NCBI RefSeq assembly: GCF_004010195.1
Contig: NC_057718.1
Location: forward strand, 4,657,021-4,721,020
DNA from: Chiloscyllium plagiosum
Taxonomy: Eukaryota
Length of the DNA stretch: 64,000 nt
Direction: 5' to 3'
The notes beneath the pieces were generated by a model that had not been told where the DNA came from, searched no databases, and saw only the letters and a list, made by a program, of their open reading frames with translations. The first letter of the stretch is position 1; every line of letters begins with the position of its first letter. A program made the translations under genes and the position numbers. Shown piece after piece: positions 48,441-58,999 of the stretch.

Positions 48441-50880
48441 TTAATGACAGGAGACAGAGACAGAGACTGATGATGGAGGCCAGTGGTGTTCCCCAGGGAT
48501 CGGTACTGGATCTACTTGTTTGTCACTTGTATAAATGATTTAGATCAGATTACAGAAAGCATGGTTACTAAGTTTGCAGATAACACCAAAATTGGTGTTG
48601 TAATGGACAGAGATCTTGATCGTTTGGAACAATTGTCTGAGGATTGGTATATGGAGTTTAATTTGGGTAAATGCAAGGTTTTGCATTTTAATAGAACATA
48701 TAAATAAGGCGAAGACGTATGCAATTAATGACTGGGCATTGGGTACTGTTGTAGAACAGAGAGCCAGGGTTTGGGTACAAATTCATTGACATCTGCATGG
48801 TATTTGAGAAAGTGGTTAAGAAGGTGTTTAACATACTTGCCTTCATTGCTCAATCTTTTGAGTATAGGAGTTGGGACATGTTGTTGAGGTTGTACAGGAT
48901 ATTGGTGAGGTGTCCAGTTCTGGCCACCCTGTTATTGGAAGGCTTTTATTAACCTGGAGAGGATGCAGAAGAGATTTACCAGGATGCTGATGGGTATGGA
49001 GGGTTTGGCACTTTTCTCAGTGGAGCATAGGAGGTTGAGCGATGACCACATCGAGATTTATAAAACAATAAGCGGTATAGACAAGGTGAATGGCAGGTGT
49101 CTTTACCTAAGGGTGAGGCATTTCAAGACTGGGTGGGTACAACTCCAACTACACTCAGGAAGATCCACACCATCCAGGACAAAGAAGCCCACTTGATTGG
49201 CACCACATCCATCACATACAGGAGCAGAATTAGTCGAATTGGTTAATTGAGTAAACTTCACCATTCTATTGTGGCTATCATGTCTCCCTGTAACCTTTGA
49301 TTCCCTTACTAATTAAGAACCTCATATGACCACTACTCACATGACAAGCCTTTCATCTGCAGGGTCATTCTTGTAAACCTCCTCTGGGCCTCCTCCAAAG
49401 CCAACATGTCCTACTTTAGATATGGGACCAAAAACTGTTCTCAATATTCAGAATGCGGTCTGACGACAGCCTTATACAGTTTCAGTGGACATCTCTGCTC
49501 ACAAACAAAAGGAGAAATTGCTGGAAAAACTCAACAGGGCTGGCAACATCATGGAGAGAAAACAGAGTTCACAGTTCAGATCTAGTGACCCTTCTTCATA
49601 ACTGGTTGTGAAATGTTAACTTTGTTTCCTCTCTATAAATGCTGCAGATCTGCTGAGTTTTTCCAATATTTTCTGGTTTTGATCCTGTTTCCAACATCTG
49701 CCTTTCTTTGGATTTTCTTCTTTAGTATATCCCTGTCCTTGCGCTCTAGCCCTCTTGAAATGAATGCTAACACTACATTTGCCTTCCTAACCAGGAACTG
49801 AACCTGCAGGTTAACCTTAACAGAAATTAGCATCGGACCCTAATTCTCTTGATGCATCAGATTTACAAACCCTTTCTCTGTTTGGAAAGTAAACTGTGCC
49901 TCTATTCTTCCAACCAAAGTACATAACCTCCCATTTTCCCGCATTGTATTTCATCTGTTACTTCTTTGCCCACTCTCCCAGTCTGACCAAGTCCTCCTGT
50001 AACTTCTCCACATCTTCAACATTAGCTGTCTCTCCACCTGTCTTTGTCATCTGCAAACACAGCAACAATGTCCTCCGTTCCTTCATCCAGATTGTTAATG
50101 TATAATGTAAATAGTTGTGACACTGACCCCTGTGGAACTCCAGCAGTCACCGGCTGCCATGCTGACAAAGATCCCTTTATCCCATTCTCTGCCTCTGCCT
50201 CTTCCTTTATCTAACCTGCCCATTACCACCCCAAAGAATTGTAAACAGGTTGGTCAGGCATGATCTTCCCTTGATGAAGCCATGCTGACTCAGCCCTATT
50301 TTCACACACACTATTCTACAATTTCATTCTTAATAACAGACTCTAAAATCTTACCAGCAAATATGGTCAGGCTAACCAGCCTATAATTTCCTGTCTTCTC
50401 TCTCCCTCCTTAAGCAGGAGCGTTACATCAGCTATTTTCCAATCCACTGGGTCCATCCAGTGATTCCTGAACGATCACCACCAATGCCTGTATAATCGCC
50501 TCAGCTTTTCCCTCCAGAATCCTGGGGTGTAGTTCATCTGGTCCAGGTGGTTTATTCACCTTCAGCCCTTTCAGCTTCCTCAGCACCTTCCCCTCAGCGA
50601 TAGTCACCTCTGCTCTCCTGACTCTCTTGAAGTTCTGGTGTGTGGCAGACTATGTCTCTAGCTTCATTTCCCACTACCTTGCTTCTTGTACCTTTTTATA
50701 TATCTAAAAGAACACCTGCAATCTTACATTGTCAGCTATCCTACACTCATATTTAATCTTCTCCCTTGTTATTGCTTTTTTGGTTATCATCAGCTGGTTT
50801 TTAAAGGCTGCCCCATCTTTTAGCTTCCTACGAATCTTCATAACATTGTATGCCTTTTCTGTTGCTTTATTCTGTCTTTA
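48440..50880. mobile_element. Cluster of decayed CR1 fragments on both strands
   Basis: KFADNTKIG..KCKVLHF (+, 48483-49130) and minus-strand CR1 RT fragments (~49350-50880). Confidence 0.75.
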
Positions 50881-50885
50881 GTGAT

Positions 50886-51089
50886 TGTAATGAGGTCAGC
50901 CAGCTGGACCTCAAAGAATATGAGTTCCCTGATTGAGGCTGTTAATCTGGTGAATAAAAGGGGTGAGTGTCAGAGACACTGATCCTCTGGTGCCTGTCTC
51001 TGTATGAGGTATTGTTTTAGTCAAGGACTGTTCATGTGTAACTAAAGGGTGACTTGGCAATGGGATACCAACCTCTGTGAAGTTAGTCC
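50886..51089 (+). mobile_element. Short solo LTR
   Basis: Starts TGTAATGAGG, contains AATAAA, ends ..gttagtcCA, and is inserted in CR1 sequence. Confidence 0.5.
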
Positions 51090-51209
51090 ACTGTCCCTGA
51101 CATCCCTTGATAGCCATTGTTGCTTCATCCTCCCCTTAGTTTGTTTCTTCCTCCTTGGAATGAATTTCTGTTTTTCCTTCTAAATTACTCCCAGAAGCCT
51201 TGCCACTAC

Positions 51210-52147
51210 TTTTTCTTCTAATTTCAAACCTATACTTTATTCGTAAAACATATCTTTATATACATACATAGTCATGAACCCAGTTCAGTTCTGTATGTAA
51301 GGAATAAAACTAACATTGGAGTTTGACTCTATTCAAACAAACCAAAGGCATTTCTTATTTGATCCAGACTATATTTATATGCGTTGAGGCACTAGGGGGA
51401 GTCTGATAACTGAATGGACTCCCATGTACCTTCAGCAGGAAGACCTTAGACATTGGCCTTTCCCCACTGCTCCTTGGCAGCAGCTGCCCCAAGATTTAGT
51501 GCGTCCCTCAGCACGTACTCCTGGACCTTGGAATGTTCAGGGCCAACTCATTGCTTAGGAAGACCAACAAGTTACCGACAAACCAAAGGGCATCTTTCAC
51601 CAAGTTGATGGTCCTCCAGTTGATGCTTGTCTCGGCGTGCGCACAGTTCATTTTTATCAAGATGGATTATTTTTTGACCAGTAAAGGAATTAAGGGTGAG
51701 AGTGAGAGGGCGGGTAAGTGAAGCTGAGGCCATGAAAAGATCAGCCATGATCTTATTGAATGGTGGAGCGGGATCAAAGACCCAGTTGGCCTACTCCTGC
51801 TTCTGTTTCTTATATCCCTCTGAACAGACCTTAGAGCAGAGAGTCCCGTGTCACAGAGCTGCTCGGGATGAACCTTCACACCAACCAGTGCATCTTCCTC
51901 TAGACTTCCTTTACAAAGGTGCACTCCAGCAGGAGATGTGTGATAATCCACGAACCCCCACCCCCCACAGCCACTTTGAGGGCAACGTGTGGTGGTGCAG
52001 ACTGACCAGGCGTATATGAAGGATCTGATGGCAGTGTCAGATCCACCAGCCAAGCAATGTCTTGTTGACAGGTGATACGGAATGGTCCAACTACTTGGGG
52101 CGTTCCATTTTAGTGAGGCTACTCCCATCCTTCGCAACACTGGGGAC
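51210..52147 (-). mobile_element. Older Tx1-clade LINE 3' fragment
   Basis: Diverged copy of the neighbouring element (LRRMGVASLKWNAPSSW, RCPQSGC) with a T-rich tail at ~51210. Confidence 0.75.
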
Positions 52148-52162
52148 ATCCCCTGAAGTATC

Positions 52163-54048
52163 TTTTTTTTTATATACTTTATTCATAAAATAATTTGATG
52201 GTCTGTACAGTTGGTCATGCCATACATATGTAAACATGTACATACAGAGATCAGAATTTATCATTTTTATACAGGTCTGTACATTTTTCCAATCATATGC
52301 CCATATAATTAGCTGAGGCGTCAGCAGAGCCCAAATGACTGCATGGGCCCCCTGTTCTTCTTTAGGCAGGCAGACTTTACAATAGTTCTGTTAATGTTAA
52401 TGTTCAAGTTCCATGAGTTGTTGATCCTCCAGGCACAGTTGATGTTCGTCTCGGTGTGCGTCTCAGAGAACAGGCCGTAGAGCTCGGAGTCCCGTGTCAT
52501 GGCGCTGCTCGGGACGAACCTCGACAGACACCACTGCATTCCTCTCCAGACTTCTTCTGCATTGGCACATTCCAGAAGGAGGTGTGTGACCGTCTTGTCC
52601 CCCCCGCAGCCGCTTTGAGGGCAGCGTGTGGTGCGGCTGAGAGTCCTGGCGTCCATAAAGGATCTCACAGGCAGAGCCCTTCTCACCACCAGCCAAGCTG
52701 TCTTGGTGCTTGTTGGAAAGTTCTGGTGATGAGGCATTCTGCCAAATGGCTTTGACAGTCTGCTCAGGGAACCGCTCGATAGGATCCGCCCTCTCCTTTT
52801 CCCGAAGGGTCTCAAGGACACTACGTGCTGACCACTTCCAGATGGACTTGTGGTCCACGAAGGACAGGTGATACGAAACACTCCAACTACTCGGAGCGTT
52901 CCGCGGCAGCGAGGCCAGGCCCATCCTTCGCAACACCAGGGACAGGTAGAACCTCAGTACGTAGTGACACTTGGTGTTTGCGTACCGGGGATCCACGCAC
53001 AGCTTGATGCAGCCACACACAAACATGGCCATCAGGGTGAGGGTGGCATTGGGTGTATTTTTTCCCCCGTTGCCCAGATCTTTAGACAGCGAGTCCCTTT
53101 GGACCCGGTCCATCTTTGACCTCCATATAAACTGGAAGATGGCCCGGGTGACTGCAGCGGCACAGGTTCTGGGAATAGGCCAGACCTGTGCCACGTATAA
53201 TAGCAATGACAGTGCCTCACACCTGATGACCAGGTTTTTTCCCATGATGGAGAGTGACCGTAGCTTCCATCTACCCAGTTTCTGCCTCACTTTGCTGATA
53301 CGCTCCTCCCAAGACCCGACGCACGCCCCAGCCCCCCCGAACCAAATACCCAGCACCTTCAGGTGGTTGGTCCTGAAGGTGAAGGGGATCGAGGATTGGT
53401 CGGCCCAGTTCCTGAAGAGCATGGCCTCGCTCTTGCCTCGGTTTACCTTGGCCCCCGAGGCCCGTTCGAACTGGTCACATATGCACATGAGTCTGTGCAC
53501 AGATAGTGGATCCGAGCAGAAAACGGCGACATCATCCATGTACAGGGAGGCCTTAACCTGCAGGCCCCCGCTGCCAGGAATAGTCACCCCTCTCAGGCTC
53601 GCATCCTTCCTGATGGACTCGGCAAATGGCTCTATGCAGCACACAAACAAGGCAGGAGAGAGAGGGCAGCCCTGCCTGACTCCAGATCTGACTGGGAAGC
53701 TATCTGATTCCCACCCATTGATTGAGACTGCACTGACAATGTTGGTGTAGAGCAGTCTGATCCAATTGCAGATTCCCTCCCCAAAGCCCATTTTGGAAAG
53801 AACATCTCTCATGTACCTGTGTGATATCCTGTCAAAGGCTTTCTCCTGGTCCAGGCTGATCAGGCAGGTGTCCAACCCTCTGTCCTGCACGTAGGCGATC
53901 GTATCCCTGAGGTGTGCGAGACTCTCAGCGATCTTCCTGCCGGGAAAACACAGGTTTGGTCGGGGTGAATCACCGACCCAGAGCAGACCTGACCCGGTTG
54001 GCGATTACCTTTGACAGAATTTTGTAATCCGCATTCAACAGTGAGAGT
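52163..54048 (-). mobile_element. Tx1-clade (L1 group) non-LTR retrotransposon, 5'-truncated, young; 15-bp TSD
   Basis: ORF 52463..53890 reads SLDQEKAFDRI, GVRQGCPLSP and LYMDD, with C-terminal zinc finger CPQSGC..TVTHLLLEC. Poly(A) at 52163. TSD atcccctgaagtatc at 52148-52162 and 54049-54063. Confidence 0.95.
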
Positions 54049-55096
54049 ATCCCCTGAAGTATCCCCCTTTCTCCTCAAGTACCTTCAGTAGAAGCTACCT
54101 TCATGAAGCAGGGCGAGTCGACTGGCACTGTCCCTGCACCTTCTTCACTGTCAGCCTGACTGTATTGTGGGTCTGGAAATGTGTTGCTGGAAAAGTGCAG
54201 CAGGTCGGGCAGCATCCAGGGAACAGGAGAATCGACGTTTCGGGCATAAGCCCTTCTTCAGGACCCTGGTCTGAGAATCAGGCACTAGCCCAGGTTATAG
54301 CTCTGGTTGGCTGCTCACTGAATGGGTGTTAGGCCAATATAGCAAAGTAAACACCAATTGCAACTCAGTTAAACTGACAATCCACCACGTTCTGCTCTCA
54401 ATCACAATCCAGAAAATTTCAACTGGTCTTTTAGTTTGTAACCTGTAAACATTTCCCCTATTTTCCTTCAACCTGAATGTAACCAATAATAGTCCAATTC
54501 GTTGCACACACCAAACCATAAGGTTTGTGATATGACTCTTTTGTGCTGTGCCCCTTATCCTGGGCTTCCATTTATCCCATTGGATTCTCCCATTCTCCGC
54601 CAAATTCCCCAAACTATATATTCACTCAGACTGTGTCTAGCTCAGGATGTGATCTCTCCTTCTTGACTGTGTGAAGCATTCCACTTGGACTTTGAGAAAT
54701 CAAATCCATTCACTCAGCCTCTTCCTGTCCCCCATTCTCACAAACTTTCTCCAACCAGGTCCCCACTGTCCCCATACTCAGAGGTTTCTTTGTCCTCTCT
54801 CTCTGAATCCCTGATTCAGTTTCTTCATCATAATATTTGTCATCTCCCTCCTGAAACTCCCTTTAAACTGTGGAAAATCATCAAGCTGAGAGTTAATCAA
54901 ACAATTTCTTCACAGAACATTTTCACTCTCTTTAAAACCATTTCTAGATCACAATCTCTTCCACCATGATGTAATGTGCTCAAGGAACTAGAAAGACTCT
55001 CTACATGGAGATGAACTTTGCAAGTTCCTGAATAATGTGGGTAACCATGGGGGAAAGAAGGTGAGATTCTGAAAGTCAAGGCAATAATAGAATAAA

Positions 55097-55946
55097 ATCC
55101 CTACAGTTTGGGGACAGGCCATTCGGCCGAACAAGTCCACACTGACCCTCTGAACAGCACCCAGCCCTAACCAAGCCCCCTTCCTTATCCTTACAACCCT
55201 GCATTTCCTATGGTTAACCCACTGAACCGACTTATCCCTGGACACTATGGCCACTCCATCTAACCTGCATATCTTTATCCTGTGGGAGGAAACCCATGGG
55301 GAGGATGTGTAAACTCCACACAGTCACCTGGGGGTGGAATCAAACCTGGGGTCCCTGGTGCTGTGAGACAGTAGTGCTAGCCCCCTTGCCGCCCTCATCA
55401 GATTTTATAGTGAAGGCTTTAACACTGAGATGAAAATCTCGCTCATGAGGAGTGAGGTACTTATTTGTACCCATTTACAGCTCATCATTACCAACTATCA
55501 CCGCTATGCTGATTGTTTATTCTTCCATATGGGAGAGAGGAATTGGCCTGCAACAGTTTCCCACAGTGAAACCAGAGCGTTACTCTGCCAGGTGTAGCTA
55601 ACTGGTCTTTTCATAAAGTCTTCATCTTCACCAACATCCATGGGTGGCACGGTGGCAGAGTGGTTAGCACTGCTGCCTCACAGTGTCAGAGACCCGGGTT
55701 CAATTCCTCAGGCGACTCTCTGTGTGGAGTTTGCACATTCTCCCCGTGTCTGTGTGGGTTTGCTCCAGTTTCCTCCCACAATCCAAAAATGTGCAGGTTA
55801 GGTGAATTGGCCAGGCTAAATTGCCCGTAGTGTTGGGTGAAGGGGTAAATGTAGGGGAATGGATCTGGGTGGGTTACACTTCGGCGGGTCGGTGTGGACT
55901 TGTTGGGCCGAAGGGCCTGTTTCCACACTGTAACTAATCTAATCTA
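55097..55946. mobile_element. Two HE1-type SINEs (~55097-55395 -, 55642-55946 +)
   Basis: tRNA-like head, V-domain and (AATCT)n tail. Confidence 0.85.
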
Positions 55947-56207
55947 ATAATCCCTCAACCTCTCTGGGAATGCTCCAAGGAAACCGAGCTGTCTACTTGG
56001 TCCATACAATAGGGCATCAGTGGGATACCAGTCTCCCAGAATCAGTCTCATAGCTGACCCCCCACTCACTGAGAATACACTTCTGAAGTTTGCATTTCAC
56101 TGCTCACTTTGCATCCTGACACCCCCATCTCCCACTCCTCAACAGGGGGCCTCTCAGCTTGATTCACTTGCTCTCTTTGCGCTCACTCACTTACTGTTTG
56201 CTTGGAG

Positions 56208-56394
56208 ACTATCACCGCTATGCTGATTGTTTATTCTTCCATGTGGGAGAGAGGAATTGGCCTGCAACAGTTTCCCACAGTGAAACCAGAGCGTTACTCT
56301 GCCAGGTGTAGCTAACTGGTCTTTTTATAAAGTCTTCATCTTCACCAACATCCATGGGTGGCACGGTGGCACAGTGGTTAGCACTGCTGCTTCA
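56208..56394 (+). repeat. Dispersed direct copy of 55494-55680
   Basis: ~187 bp, near-identical, and includes the first ~40 nt of the HE1 SINE. Confidence 0.92.
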
Positions 56395-58296
56395 TTGAGA
56401 GCCTGTAGATTTACTGCACCTCTGCCTTGGCTCACCTTTTAGCACAGAGCCCAGCAGCTTGTTATACCTGCTCACCCTCCACATCCTGGGTATAGACAGG
56501 TTACTATCCAGCATAGTGTTATCTCATTGGAAAACCTAGAGTGTATGTGAGTGACATTCTTGGAGTAGAAAGGGCGAGGAAGCCTCTCAGTGACCTGTGT
56601 ACATTTCTCTGTGGGTATCTGGTTACCCAGTGATACCATCCTGGCTCCATGTAACAGGACAGTAGTTCAGTGTGGACTGATGGTCTTTTCACAGGAGGAG
56701 AGGGAATAAGTTCTGCAATAAGGCTCGAACCTGCACATGTTAAGAATCAGGAGAAAGTGAGGACTGCAGATGCTGGAGGTGAGAGTCGAGAGTGTGTTGC
56801 TGGAAAATCTCCTGTCCCTCAGATGCTGTCTGACATGCTGTGCTTTTCCAGCACCACACTCGCGACAGGTTAAGAATCAGTTGACAGCAGTGGGAATGGG
56901 ACAGCAGCAAAGCAGAGCCCAATGCAGATTGTTGGGTTGCCTGAACATGGAGCTTTTTGGTGTCTCCAATTGAGCAGCCATGATCCTGTCCAGCTCCTCA
57001 TCGCTGCTGAGCACATGATTACACAAGAGTGGTGCCACAGAAGTGTGGTGCATCCCTAATAATGTGAGCAGGCTGAGGTTGTGAGAGAACTCCCTGCAGC
57101 TCTACATGAAGCGGAACTCTGCATGAAACTCCCTGAAACTGACACTGAGCCAATTTCTTGTGAAATTGCATCGTGAAACCAATGTCCCTGTCCTCATGGT
57201 GAACAATCCATACATTTATACAAAGAAGTTAGCATTATTCCCATCTCCAGGTCAACTTTCCCTTGACCACGCCATCATGAACAATTGTGTAAAACCCTGT
57301 GATCTTCCTGTGCTACATAAATAGAACTGTTTTCTTCCTTTCCTCTTGCTTTATTTCTATCTGCTTTGTCCCATTTTCTCTGTTCAATCTCTCTGCTGAC
57401 CCTCTTCTTCATAACTAACCATCTCCTTAAATCCATCTTCTCCTGGGTCTCGACTTCCCTACACCTGTCTACCATTCCAATGGTGGGGCAGTCCCTGATC
57501 AGAGAAACTGTTCTGTTTCAAAACCATCATGAGCCTGAAACATTAACCCTGGCCCCCTCCTCCCAGACACTGTCAGACTTGCTGAGGTTTGATGTTTTTT
57601 TCTCTGGTTTCCATTGTCTGGAATATCCTGCTGCTGTGTCGAAGTTGTCAGGAGTGGCTCCTCCTGGATGTCAATCCAAATCTCACAGCCAGCCTCCCCT
57701 GTCCTGAACAGCCTGGAGCAAGGTTTGAAAACTCCTCAAGTATGTCCCAAATTCTCACTCCGAATATCCTGTTCTCACTGACTACAACAATAACACAGCT
57801 ATTCAACTGATCAAAGCAACCAGCATATGTCTATTTGGATGGTACTGATTCAGGAGAATTGCTGTTGAGGGGCATGAGCATCTAGCTGAACTGGAAAGTG
57901 AGAGCTTTATTTTAAAATCCCATCTGGAAGATTCTGTGTGAAAGGCCATCATTCCTGTCGGAGTGTACATCCCAGTCTAGGTGCTGGGTATAAACAGGAG
58001 ACAGTGAGGACTGCAGATGCTGGAGATCAGAGTTGAAAAGTGTGGCACTGGAAAAGCACAGCAGGTCAGGCAGCATCCAAGGAACAGGAGAGTCAATGTT
58101 TTGAGCATAAAGCCTTTCATCTGTGCTTGAAATGTCAACCCTCCTGCTCTTCAGATGCTGCCTGACCTGCTGTGTTATTCCAGCATCACACTTCATCGAT
58201 GCTGTGTATAAACACTTTCCCCAAAAAGCAAGATGTTATTCACTGAATAAACTTTACACTGAATAACACGGGTGATTATTTATTTGGTTTCACCAG

Positions 58297-58424
58297 GGTT
58301 TCAAGTTGGAGGCAGCATACAGTCAGAGACAAAGGGAATCTGGATGTGGTGTCTCCCACATCCCCAGAAGAAAGTTTGCTGCCTGCTGCTGCTGGACACT
58401 GATGGGCTTGGAGATGTGGGAAAG
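58297..58424 (+). CDS. GBP: GBP next coding exon (switch I/G2 and G3 motifs)
   Basis: Acceptor tttcaccag| at 58296 and donor AAG|gtaaaa at 58424/58425. The 128-nt exon joins the previous one in frame (G|GG). It reads (G)[42 protein letters not shown] versus GBP1 [43 protein letters not shown]. Confidence 0.96.
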
Positions 58425-58999
58425 GTAAAACTGTTTCTTTTCACAGCCACATGAAGAACAGCATTAACACATGGAATGTCCTGTTAATGAATGGTCATCC
58501 ATTCCCTGGGCAGGAATACGATCAGTCAGGGCCTGTATTCACTATGTTCAGACAATGAGGACAGTGCACCTGAATTTGCTCCATTATTCCCATTCCAGAG
58601 CCCACACCATTGCTCGGACTAAAGGCTATTTAAATACTCCGGGTGGACAGCCATGTCATTGCAAACACTGGGGGATGCCTGACTCTGGGTAAGGTGAGGA
58701 AAAGTGATCAGGTAATTTTGAAAAGTGCGATTCCTTCATGGAATTGATCAAAAGCAAGTCAGACATTCACAGTTTCAATGTAATTCTTCATCAATACAGT
58801 GAATGCCTCTGGATAACAGGATTGTACAGGGCTCTTATTGAATTAGAGATATTGTGTATTGCCAAAGCTGTGTATAATACCCCTTTTTATAGAGTTCTAT
58901 TCCATGATCTGTGCTGAGATACCCCATACCTCCCTGTTCCTGGGAAACATTTGTTGGTACTCTCTCCATGACCAGATCATTGTTCCTCAGATAAGGAAA

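Noticed and set aside
52971..53750. 259-aa + strand ORF
   Set aside because: Antisense shadow of the Tx1 RT ORF.
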